A stretch of 64,000 nucleotides of DNA, taken from the NCBI RefSeq assembly GCF_009914755.1, contig NC_060941.1, one strand, 5' to 3'. Below, piece after piece: positions 1-56,515 of the stretch. The translations under genes and the position numbers were made by a program. Source of the DNA: the human T2T-CHM13v2.0 reference genome, Homo sapiens. The notes beneath the pieces are model-generated. The model saw only the letters and a list, made by a program, of their open reading frames with translations, searched no databases and was not told the origin of the DNA. Within the stretch, counting starts at the first letter, position 1. Every line of letters starts with the position of its first letter.

Positions 1-292
1 ATCCACATACACATGTGCACGCATGTGCACAAACACATTGCAGGCAGGCATGTTGACGCCTCAGGCAGCGGAGGACCCTGACTCTGGGCCCTGCTGACCC
101 GGGCAAGGCCCCATTGTGATGCGTGCCATGACCTCAGAATGTCACTGGTGCTTAGCACCTATCCGCTCTCCAGACTGCGTCTGTGTTCTACGGCAGTTAC
201 ACACACGCAGTGGTATTCACAAGCGGTTTTGTGGACTCAAAGGTTTTCTCCCTGAGAGGCATAACCCAGGCCAGCTGATTCATCAGAATCAG
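1..292 (+). other. USP6: USP6 5' UTR exon (3' part; 5' boundary not determinable)
   Basis: Strong donor ATCAG|GTGAGT at 292/293; the sequence resembles the TBC1D3 non-coding first exon as I recall it. Confidence 0.7.
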
Positions 293-1737
293 GTGAGTGT
301 GACCTGCTCTCTTCCCTCCAGGCTGACTTGGGGACAGTGGCTATGGTATGGGCGGTGTTGGCCTCTGGGCAGCTACAGAGGAGGGTCATCCCTGAGCACT
401 CACCGGGCGCCCGTTCTACACTGCCCATGTAGACGATTTTCTCTTTCGTCTTCATGGTGGCTTCGTAGAGTGGGTGCTGTTCCCAAATGTACCCATTCGA
501 CAGGTGAGCCGTCTGGGGTCAGAGAGGCAGTAACTGGCCTGGGAATCCAGACAAGACCCTGGGTTTTGCTCTCAGCCCTGCTGTGTGCCATGCTAGACTT
601 CAGGCCTCAACCCTGAGACCTCCCTGCTCTAGATCCCAAATCTGCCCAGATTTCCGATCCCAATGGGGCAGAGCCTGGCCCTGGCAGAGACACTGGGATG
701 GATCCACTGTGGGTGGGGAGGAGGGAAGGGTCCTCAGAACACACCTGGGGCCTAAGCTGGGTCTTGATGGTCACTGTGGGACCCACTGGACACACACAGT
801 CCCTTGTCTGGGAGTGGCATGGGGAGCCTTCTGCCCTTGGGCAGTTGTGGAAAGTGAAGGAGCCCTGGAGAGCTGGCTGAGGGGAGACTATCTTCCCTTG
901 TGTTCAAAGGGGTCCAGGCACTGGGGCTCTCCCCAAGTATTTCTTATTCTGTCTGGCCTCGCTTTCCTTTTGCCCTGAGTATTCTCAGGAGGGACGGTCC
1001 ATCTAGATGTCCTCCAGGAGCAAGGACCCACTGTTCTTCATCAGTGACCCAGGAAAATGAAGCCCCCTCCTGTGGGGACAGCTCAGAATGGTGGAGTCCA
1101 CAGTCCCTCCCTGAGAGACATGGTTTCCATGAGCACAGTGGCTGCTTTGGAGACAGTAATCATTTTCATCCCCAAAACCAAACACACTCCTGCTCAAATG
1201 GTGTTATTGCTAAAGCAGCTTCACTGGTTAGACTGAAGGGCCATGGTAGCCCAAGTGATGAGCGGGGTAGAATGGAGCAGTCAGGAGAGATCTTGTTCCC
1301 CGTAGGAAACTGGGCATCTCTGTGGCCCTGAACATCCCAGGAGGCCGATCGTACAGAGACCTCTGGTGCCTGACCGCAGTTCACATCCACATCCCTGGAA
1401 TAGACCATCACAGGCTCTTCACCCTTGGCAGGTGGACACCATTCAACCTGCCGGGGCAGGTGTGTGCCCATTTCATGGCATATGGGGACAACCGGATTCT
1501 CTGTCCAGGTCCCACTCTTCTCGAGTCCTTGGGAAGATGCCCACCCCTGCTTGGGGCTTCAGACTGCAGAGACCCATGGAGGTGTGGGCCATGGGGTTTG
1601 GCCCCTTTTTACCGGAGTGCAGTGGTGGAATGAAGGTTATACAACCAGCCAGCATCTGGGAGCCCGGTGGGAGCGGTTCAGGTGTTCTCCGAAGCTGTCG
1701 GGTACAGTGTAACCTTTAGACAATTTTGTCTCACAGG

Positions 1738-44326
<42,589 letters not shown>

Positions 44327-46380
44327 AGCTACCACTCTGGCTGCTAGACAGCTTGGTGGCGAGGGAGATGACTCCTTGTAGCTGATACTTGGCAAAAGTG
44401 TCACTGAAAGACAAGCTAAATGTAGTTATTTTATCCTGTTAGAACAAAAATTCTAATTAAAATAGTTAACTTGAAGAGTAGAAACAATTGTATTTTGAAG
44501 TCTCATACAAGCTGTCTGATAGAGAACTTTCAGGCAGATCCCACCATTAGCCTGTAAACAAAAGGTGTGGCACCAGCCACCTGGGACCAAATAAGAATTG
44601 AATTGTGCTTGTCCAGATATGAACAAATATGTAGTGAGTATAGAGTTTACCAATAATCATAACAAATATTAAAGATTTCCTTGGAGTCAGAGGAAAAAAC
44701 AAACAATTATAATGTTGTCTAGGGACGACATGATACGCTACCTCCTTTTTCCTGAAGTTTTATTCCATTATATTGACAAGATGGAGAAAGCAAGATCATG
44801 AAGGTGTGCAAATGATTCTTACGGCATGGACAAGGATTTTTCAATTTATTTTTTAAACTGTTTCCATACCCTTTCTTTTTCTTGCTTTTTGTTTTTGCCA
44901 TTGTGTTTACGTTTGAGACACAACCAGTCATTGGTGGCAGGGGCATAGAGTGGTCAGTCTGAAAGGGAGGCTCTCTTAAGAGCTATGTGCCTTCCAACCA
45001 GAGGGAGACCCAGTAGAAAGAAAAACATCCTGGGAAATCCAGCTACCAGGGCCCTCCCAGTGGAGGCATCTTACATTTAGGCTACTTCAAGTATCCTCAG
45101 AAATGTATTCTGCACCCCCGGCCCCGCCCATGCTGAGGGAAGGGGAGCAGTTGCCAATATTTGCACCATCTTCACATGCACATGTTGCAACAAGAGCTTC
45201 TGGGAAGGTAAGCGGCATCGGAGCTAGATCACGTTTCACAATTAGTGGTTATTCTTTTCTGTGTTTGTTTTGCACTTTAAAAAAGAGAGAACACATGCAA
45301 ATGAACTTGCTTGTGTGTATTTGATGGCTCTAAGGGCTATAAATTACAAACAAAACACATCCCAGACATTAGGAGTTCATAAGTATATTTAATGAAATTG
45401 GTGGTTTTAGGAAGTCAACTTTAGTTTTGCTTTGTTTGCATGTCCACTGGTTTTTTTATTTTGATATTTGTCTTTTTTTAAATTTTACAGTAGTCATTGA
45501 AAGTTATGTTTCTTTGCTTACTTCATTTTTTCCCTCTAATTATTTAAGATTGGAACAAAAGTATAAATATTATTTATTTGAGGTAGAATTTTTTTCATGT
45601 AGTTTCTTAATATATACTTGAAGGAAATGTTTCACCTTATTTTTGGTCTTTGTTTATTCATTTAGACCCTGCAAGTTGATTCTCATTGCCAGATTCCATT
45701 ACCCTTTCTTCCTCATAGGTAGTAATTACCAATGTAACTAAGCATTTGTGTTCTGATATCTGAGGCCAGTAACTATTAATATCTAGTTCTCAGAGCATTT
45801 GGAAAGGTTATCTTAAATGGCTACCTAAATTGAAATCCTTTTCAGAAAAAATATAATTGCAAGTAGGTAGGAGTGGCCTAAATTGTCTAATGTAATAAAG
45901 TCAGACAAAATGCACACTTTATAGTTTCAAGATTTTCAGTAAATAAAATCTGTCCATTCCTACCTGGACATGTCCCATTAAAAAGTGGAAGATTTTAAAT
46001 AATTTCTTTACAGATGTTTTATTTAAACAGGTAGCACAATCTACTAATGTTGTGTGATTTGTGTTATACTGGTTGTAATTAATTTTTTTAATTCATGAAC
46101 TAGCGGAAAATTTATTAAATTAACTATTAACTACATTCACCTTGTAAATTACTGTATAAAACTTGTTGACAATGCACTGACTTTAGAAAGATGTTAATGT
46201 ACATAAATAGAGTGTAAATAAAATAGTGTTGATGTACTGAAATATGAACTGTATCAAAAGTATTGGTAATTGTATATGGGGTGTACCTGTTTATCTGTTA
46301 ACTATTATCCAAACAAATTAAATACTGTGGTTGCCTCTATGTGCTGTTTTTCCTCATACAAGTAAACACAGAAAGTCAAA
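44327..46380 (+). other. USP6: USP6 3' UTR (USP32-derived), several poly(A) hexamers
   Basis: Repeat-free AT-rich tract; AATAAA at 45894, 45942 and 46217, ATTAAA at 46317, AGTAAA at 46361. The 3' end is approximate. Confidence 0.75.
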
Positions 46381-46492
46381 TTCTTCAGCCTCCCTCTCTG
46401 TGATCCTGTTTTAATTCTCCTACTTGAATAATTTCTTTCTGACTTGTATACAGAGGGGATGCTTCATCTCTGAGGTTGGAAACTCTGTAGAG

Positions 46493-46853
46493 CAGGATTC
46501 CCCAACTCCTGGGCTACAGACCAGTACTGTCCATGGCCTGTTAGGAACCGGGCTGCACAGCAGGAGGTGAGTGGCGAGCTGTATTTATAGCCGCTCCCCC
46601 TTGCTCCCATTACCGCCTGAGCTCTGCCTCCTGTTAGATCAGCAGCAGCACGCCATTCTCACAGGAGAAAGAACCCTATTGTGAACTGCGCATGCTAGCA
46701 ATCTAGGTTGTGTGCTCCTTATGAGAATCTAATGCCTGATGATTTGAGGTGGAACAGTTTTATCCTGAAACCATTCCCCCCATCCCCCCAGTCCGTGGAA
46801 AAATTGTCTTCCACAACACCCATCCCTGGTGCCAAAAAGGTTGGCAACCACTG
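46493..46853. mobile_element. MER1B-like hAT-Charlie MITE
   Basis: CAGG..CCCCAAC / GTTGG..ACCACTG termini; 8-bp TSD ctgtagag/atgtagag. Confidence 0.85.
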
Positions 46854-47418
46854 ATGTAGAGGGTAGAACAAGATCTCTCCAGTGACCAGGTGACTTTAAA
46901 CATGGCTCACATCCCTTTTAGAAAGTTATGGCAGGGAAGCAAGTAGAGAGCAGGTGGTAAACTGAGGATTGGTGCCTACATTGGTACCTACAGTGGGTCC
47001 TACAGTCATTTTTGTGCGGATCAGGAGATGAGGTGAAGAGAAGGAAAGCTTCTCATTTGCATAATGCCTTGAAATGACCCTAGGTTTCTAGCGGGCACCG
47101 AGAAACCAGAGATGCCCCTTGTTGTCTGTCTGGGAGATCCAAGGAGACATCTGGCAGTGTTGAGAAGAGATGAAGGTGACAGCTGTAGGTCCTTCACCCT
47201 CAGCTTCTATTTGTTCACCTATAAAGTTAAAATACGGAACACTCAGGCTTGTAAGAATTAAATGAAGGACACAAACCCTGGCACAGTTGCTTGGTAAGTG
47301 CTCAATCCAACGATATTCAATCCTATTTCACAAAGAGGGATTTTTTGTTTGTTTTGTTGTTTGTTTCTTTACCTCCTTGCTACACCGACGCTAAAAGAGT
47401 TTAATAGTACTCTGTTCA

Positions 47419-47829
<411 letters not shown>

Positions 47830-48049
47830 TTAATACGGAAAGTCAAAAAATGAAGCACAACTCTTTTAAGTGCCAGTCTGTTTTTAGGTTTCTTCTTTTT
47901 TTTTTTTTAAATAGAGACAGGGTCTCTGTTGCACAAGGATGGAGACACACAAGCCTGGCATGGCTGTAGGTGATACAGGGTGGAGACACTGGGAGGTCAA
48001 TGCGGCTGCAGACACAGGGTTTGGAAACACCTGATGGAAAATGTGGGCT

Positions 48050-50370
<2,321 letters not shown>

Positions 50371-50599
50371 TATTTCCAGTTCCAGATGACAGGAGGCCCT
50401 CAAGGACCCAGAAGGCAGGACCACAGGGAGGTGACAGCGCCAGCAGCAGCAGGGCAGGCCTCTGCCTTGGCCACAGCTCCTGGCGGGCTGCAGGGGCCGG
50501 GAAGCCCGAGCAGCCTGGCGCTCCTGGCCCCTGCACACACTTCCCTCCCTCCACCCCGTTCCTCTCTCTCTCTGTGCCTTGGGCCCCCTGGGATGCGCT

Positions 50600-50814
50600 C
50601 ACATCCAGACTCACCAGGCCGGAGACGTTGGCAGAATGGAGAAGTGCTGGCTACAGGTGGATGATGCCCACCTGGCTGCCAATGACTTCTGCACCAAGCG
50701 AGGCTGGGTCTCTGGAGCTGCACCAGGGGCTGGACAAGCTGACCCTGGCCGGAGCCAACCTGGAGATGCAGCCTGAGAACCTCAAGGAGGACCTGGTCTA
50801 CCTGAAGAAGATTC
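50600..50814 (+). pseudogene. Type I keratin (KRT14/16/17-like) pseudogene fragment
   Basis: Two frames give LQVDDAHLAANDFCTK and LDKLTLAGANLEMQPENLKEDLVYLKK (coil 1B motifs). Confidence 0.85.
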
Positions 50815-51410
50815 AACAATGACTATCTTTCTTCAGCCCCATCTAATTACGGCCCCTGGCACATACTAAACAGTCACTAAGTAATTCTTAAATAACTTTT
50901 ATTTCAACATTCAGTTAAAAACATTCCATACTGTAACAAAAATTTCAATCTTTCAAAAGTCCAATACCCTTAGTTTGATTCAAGCTCCATCAAAGATGAA
51001 TTGGTTAGTTTTTAATCTGGAGTTTACAAGTCATAGTTAATATTTCAAAAAGCCTAACATAGACGATATGTTTGCCCACAAAAGGAATAAAAAGACTAAT
51101 GAAAATGGTAAATTATTTGCTTTGGGCTGGAATTTTAGTACCTAGGTCTGCCTACATGGTGCCAGTCAGAAGCATGATTTGTGTTGTACATGCCTTTATG
51201 TAGCAAAATATAATTCTTTAATAAATGCAGTTTGGTAAACATAATCTTTTAAGACACAGGACATAGGGGAGTAAAAAGAAGGCCTTGGTGATTAAAAAGT
51301 TGGAAACCACTGAATTAAATTACCTTCAAATCCCTGTAAGTATCCTGTTTATCCTTATAAACATTAGCTCTCACTGTACAGCATTGTAAAGACAAGCAGA
51401 AGAGTTAGAC

Positions 51411-51716
<306 letters not shown>

Positions 51717-51881
51717 TACACTCATTACTTTCACAGGGTTTTTTCCCACATTTAAACTTGTCACTCGACTAGGAAGTCAAGATTGAAATGGCTCTTTCCA
51801 TGAATAATTTAGTTTTGGGGTTGTTGCCAAAGTGATTTATAATGATTTTAATAATGATAGACATCCCTTAAAACATTCTCA

Positions 51882-52037
<156 letters not shown>

Positions 52038-52242
52038 TTAAAAAATTGTATCGTTGGGACCATATTCTAGTGTCAGTTCTGAGACAGAAAAAAAAAAGGT
52101 GATTATGTCCAAGAGCTTTTGGCTTTTCCACTTGATTATACTTACGTTTGAAAAATCCAGTAGGTATTTTCTCTGCTTTCCCACCTTCCCATGGTTTTTT
52201 TCTAATAAAACTCATTTGTAGTGCAATAAGATGTGGTCTCCA

Positions 52243-53213
52243 TCAGACTTTTCCTAGTTTTACTGCATTCATTAGGTTTCTGCTACCTATTAGAATAGGT
52301 CCTGTTTGTAGACTCTTACAGTCTTCAAATTCCTTTCCAATGTGAAGTTTCTGGTGCTTAAGAAAAGCTGTCCACCCACTGAAGGCCTTACCACAGTTGC
52401 TACATTCAAAGGGTTTCTCTCTGGTATGAATTCTTTGATGACTGACAAGGTGTGAGTTCTGACTGAAGGCCTTCCAACATTCAGGGCATTCATAGGGTTT
52501 CTCTCCAGTATGAACACGATGGTGTCTAATAAGATCTGAGCTGCCCCTAAAAGATTTCCCACATTTGTTGCATACATAAGGTTTTTCTCCACTGTGAATT
52601 CTATGATGTCTCAGAAGGTCTGAGCTCTGATTGAAAGTTTTCCCACATTCTTTACATTCATATGGTTTCTCTCCTGTATGAGTTACCTGATGTCCGATGA
52701 GGTCTGAGCTGCCCTGGAAAGCCCTACCACACTGATTACACCAATAAGCTTTCTCTTCTTGGTGAATTTTCTGCTCTCCCCTAAGCTCCTCATCCTTGCT
52801 GAAGGTTTTCTCACATTCTTCAAGTTTCTCTCCAGCATGCAGTCTCTGATGTTTGAGGAAAGCTGTGTGCCACATGAAGAGTTTCCCACATTCCTTACAT
52901 TCATAGGGTTTCTCACCACTATGAATTCTCCGACGTTGAATAAGGAGTGAACGCCGCCTGAAGGCTTTTTCACATTCAGTGCACTGATAGGGCTTCTCTC
53001 CAGTGTGGATTTTCTGGTGTGTGACAAGGTGGGACCTCTGGCTAAAGACTTTCCCACATTCACTACATTCATGAGGTTTCTCTCCAGTATGAACACGATG
53101 GTGTTTAATAAGATCTGAGCTGCTCCTAAAAGATTCCCCACATTTATTGCATACGTAAGGTTTTTCTCCACTGTGAATTCTATGATGTCTCAGAAGGTCT
53201 GAGCTCTGATTGA
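52243..53213 (-). pseudogene. Out-of-frame continuation of the ZNF594 finger array (about 10 fingers)
   Basis: Stop-free C2H2 frame downstream of a 2-nt deletion at 53213. Confidence 0.9.
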
Positions 53214-54600
53214 GTTTTCCCACATTCTTTACATTCATATGGTTTCTCTCTTGTATGAGTTACCTGATGTCTGATGAGATCTGAGCTGCCCTGGAAGGTC
53301 CTACTACACTGATTACACCAATAAACTTTCTTTTCCTGGTGAGTTCTCTGCTCTTTTCTAAGCTCCTCATCCTTGCTGAAGGTTTTCTCACATTCTTCAA
53401 GTTTCTCTCCAGCATGCAGTCTCTGATGTTTGAGGAAAGCCGTGTGCCACATGAAGAGTTTCCCACATTCCTTACATTCATAGGGTTTCTCACCACTATG
53501 AAGTCTCCGATGTTGAATAAGGAGGGAACGCCGCCTGAAGGCATTCCCACATTCACTGCACTGATAGGGTTTCTCTCCAGTATGGATTTTCTGGTGTGTA
53601 GCAAGGTGTGACCTCTGGCTGAAGGCTTTCCCACATTCACTACATTCATAGGGTTTCTCTCCAGTATGAATACGATGGTGTTTAATAAGATCTGAGCTAC
53701 CCCTAAAAGATTTCCCACATTTGTTGCATACATAAGGTTTTTCTCCACTGTGAATTCTATGATGTCTCAGAAGGTCTGAGCTCTGATTGAAAGTTTTCCC
53801 ACATTCTTTGCATTCATATGGTTTCTCTCTTGTATGAGTTACCTGATGTCTGATGAGGTCTGAGCTGCCCTGGAAAGCCCTACCACACTGATTACACCAA
53901 TAAGCTTTCGCTTCCTGGTGAATTTTCTGCTCTCCCCTAAGCTCTTCATCCTGGCTGAAGGTTTTCTCACATTCAAGTTTCTCTCCAGTATGCAGGCTCT
54001 GATGTTTGAGGAAAGCTGTGCGCCAAATGAAGAGCTTCCCACATTCCTTACATTCATAGGGTTTCTCACCACTATGAATTCTCCGATGTTGAATAAGGAG
54101 TGAACGCCGCCTGAAGGCTTTCCCACATTCAGTGCACTGATAGGGCTTCTCTCCAGTATGGATTTTCTGGTGTGTAACAAGGTGTGACCTCTGGCTAAAG
54201 GCTTTCCCACATTCACTACATTCATAGGGTTTCTCTCCAGTATGAACACGATGGTGTCTAATAAGATCTGAGCTGCCCCTAAAAGATTTCCCACATTTGC
54301 TACATACACAAGGTTTTTCTCCACTGTGAATTCTATGATGTCTCAGAAGGTCTGAGCTCTGATTGAAAGTTTTCCCACATTCTTTACATTCATATGGTTT
54401 CTCTCCTGTATGAGTTACCTGATGTCTGATGAGGTCTGAGGTGCCCTGGAAATTCCTACCACACTGATTACACCAATAAGCTTTCTCTTCCTGGTGAATT
54501 CTCTGCTCTTCCCTAAGCTCCTCATCCTTGCTGAAGGTTTTCTCACATTCTTCAATTTTCTCTCCAGCATGCAATCTCTGATGTTTAAGAAAAGCTGTGC
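52480..54600 (-). repeat. Coding tandem repeat, about 579-bp (7-finger-position) unit, about 3.7 copies
   Basis: Anchor ggtctgagctctgattga at 52617, 53196, 53773 and 54349 (offsets 579, 577, 576). Confidence 0.93.
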
Positions 54601-55603
54601 GCCCACTGAAGGTCTTCCCACATCTGTGACATTCATAGGGTTTCTCTCCACTGTGGAGTCTCTGGTGTTCAGTAAGGTGAGAATGCTGCCTGAAGGCTTT
54701 TTCACATTCATTACATTTGAGGGGTTTCTCTCCAGTGTGAATTCTCTGATGTGGGACAAGGTGTGAACTTTGACTGAACATCTGTCCACAGTCATAACAT
54801 TCATAGGGTTTCTCTCCAGTGTGAATTCTGTGATGTATAATAAGATCTGTGCTTTGACTGAAAGCCTTCCCACATTTATTGCATAAATATGGCTTCCCCC
54901 TACTGTGGATTCTCTGGTGCAGGACAAGGTTTGAGCTTCCCTTAAAAGCCTTCCCACACTCTTTGCACTCATAGGGATTCCCACCACTGTGAATTTGCTT
55001 ATGTCTCACCAGATTGGAGCTCTGATTGAAGTCTTTTCCACATTCATGACATATATAAGGTTTCTTTCCTGTATGAATTCTCTGATGTATAATAAGATTT
55101 GAACTTTGATTAGAGTCTTTCCCACATTCATTACACACATATGGCTTATTTCCTGTATGAATTCTCTGATGTATGATCAGGTTTGAACTCCTGTTGAAGG
55201 TTTTTTCACATTCCTTACATTCATAGGTCTTATTTATATTATGAATTTTCTGATGTTCAGTTAATCCTGACTTCTGTTTGAAGTTTTGGCCACTAACCTC
55301 ATATCTATGGGAGCTTTCTCCTGCAGAAAGTATTTTTTCTCCTTCATTACATCCATGGCCAATCTCTCCCACAATGGCTTTCTGGGGGATAATATGCATT
55401 TCCCTGATACCGCTCTCTTGGGAAGGGAGATGTCTCATTGCATCCTTTAAAGGGCTTACCCAGTGCTTCAATAATCTGTCCTCAGAATTACTGGTTTCAA
55501 CTAACTCACATTCCTGGGTGATTTGTCTTTGGAGTTTTTCGGATGCAGCCCTTGCTGACTTCTTTTCTTCAGAAATTTCCATCTTTGATTTCCATTCCTT
55601 CAT
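53180..55603 (-). CDS. ZNF594: Zinc finger protein 594, 807 aa, 21 intact C2H2 fingers by my count, no KRAB or SCAN domain
   Basis: Single-exon ORF MKEWKSKMEISEE...; TGEKPY linkers; acceptor tttcag| with the exon starting at 55623; convergent with USP6. Confidence 0.93.
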   Translation of the reverse strand: MKEWKSKMEISEEKKSARAASEKLQRQITQECELVETSNSEDRLLKHWVSPLKDAMRHLPSQESGIREMHIIPQKAIVGEIGHGCNEGEKILSAGESSHRYEVSGQNFKQKSGLTEHQKIHNINKTYECKECEKTFNRSSNLIIHQRIHTGNKPYVCNECGKDSNQSSNLIIHQRIHTGKKPYICHECGKDFNQSSNLVRHKQIHSGGNPYECKECGKAFKGSSNLVLHQRIHSRGKPYLCNKCGKAFSQSTDLIIHHRIHTGEKPYECYDCGQMFSQSSHLVPHQRIHTGEKPLKCNECEKAFRQHSHLTEHQRLHSGEKPYECHRCGKTFSGRTAFLKHQRLHAGEKIEECEKTFSKDEELREEQRIHQEEKAYWCNQCGRNFQGTSDLIRHQVTHTGEKPYECKECGKTFNQSSDLLRHHRIHSGEKPCVCSKCGKSFRGSSDLIRHHRVHTGEKPYECSECGKAFSQRSHLVTHQKIHTGEKPYQCTECGKAFRRRSLLIQHRRIHSGEKPYECKECGKLFIWRTAFLKHQSLHTGEKLECEKTFSQDEELRGEQKIHQEAKAYWCNQCGRAFQGSSDLIRHQVTHTREKPYECKECGKTFNQSSDLLRHHRIHSGEKPYVCNKCGKSFRGSSDLIKHHRIHTGEKPYECSECGKAFSQRSHLATHQKIHTGEKPYQCSECGNAFRRRSLLIQHRRLHSGEKPYECKECGKLFMWHTAFLKHQRLHAGEKLEECEKTFSKDEELRKEQRTHQEKKVYWCNQCSRTFQGSSDLIRHQVTHTREKPYECKECGKTQSELRPSETS

Positions 55604-56515
55604 CTTATTCCTGTCTTCAGAATCTGAAATGATAAGTAGATCATTCTATAATTGCTAAAATACAAATATCATCTCTTCATTATACTGGGCAGTCTAAGAG
55701 GGAGGAACAAAGAACTCAGAAGACCTTTCCCTGCCAAAGCTGAGATGTGGCTTTCACTAGCGACACTGTGGCTATCACAGGAACCTGTGCTACCACATAC
55801 CCTGTTGGTGAAAAAACCCGCCAGGGTGCAGGCTGGAGCTGGGCTGTGGGAGTGGCCTAAAGGGTGGTGAATTAATTCACTGGGGGAGGAGGGCAATCTG
55901 GAGTTGGTCCACAGGAAGTGGCCTGTTGGATGGGGGAGGAACTTGCTGGATGGTGTGGCTGGGCCTGAACTGGTTCACAGGAAGCAACCCACTAGGGTAA
56001 ATGCCACCAGGCCTCCCACAAGTTGATCTGCTAGCAGCCACATAAGTAAATAATTAAAATAAATAAATAAAAATAGAACAGCACACCGGTACCAGGAAGT
56101 TAGTTTCTCTTCCCATGGCCACGCATTGTCCCTCCAGCATCCTCTGTTGACAAAGTCAAATCTTGTACGAACTGGCAAAGGAGAAATGTTTACAGAATCC
56201 AGCTTTGTAACAAAAGCAAACAAAGATGGGTGGATCTGGAGTTGAGAGGCAATAAATTAATAACCAGCATACTGCTCTTTCCTCCCTATATATCATGATA
56301 GTTAAGCAAATCTGTACTATGCCTCAGAATAAAAACGTTTGGCTGTCATTTCAATAGAAATCAATTCTCTTCTTCTCAGACCTCACATTTTTCTTTCTGA
56401 TATTCTGATGGAATTGCCTCCTTTTGTGTGGCAATTTGATTTCTTCTGAAATTACAAGATAGATGAGCTTATTGCTTTTGAGGGTCCACGTTATCAAATC
56501 CCTGACCTTCCCCAG

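Noticed and set aside
52480-54600. Regularly spaced repeats as a CRISPR-like array
   Set aside because: Coding zinc-finger repeats in primate DNA, with no unique spacers and no cas genes.
52290-54987. Repeating alternate-frame and antisense ORFs (MEKNLMYATNVG..., LLILAEGFLTFF...)
   Set aside because: Shadow frames of the zinc-finger codon pattern, repeated with the 579-bp unit.
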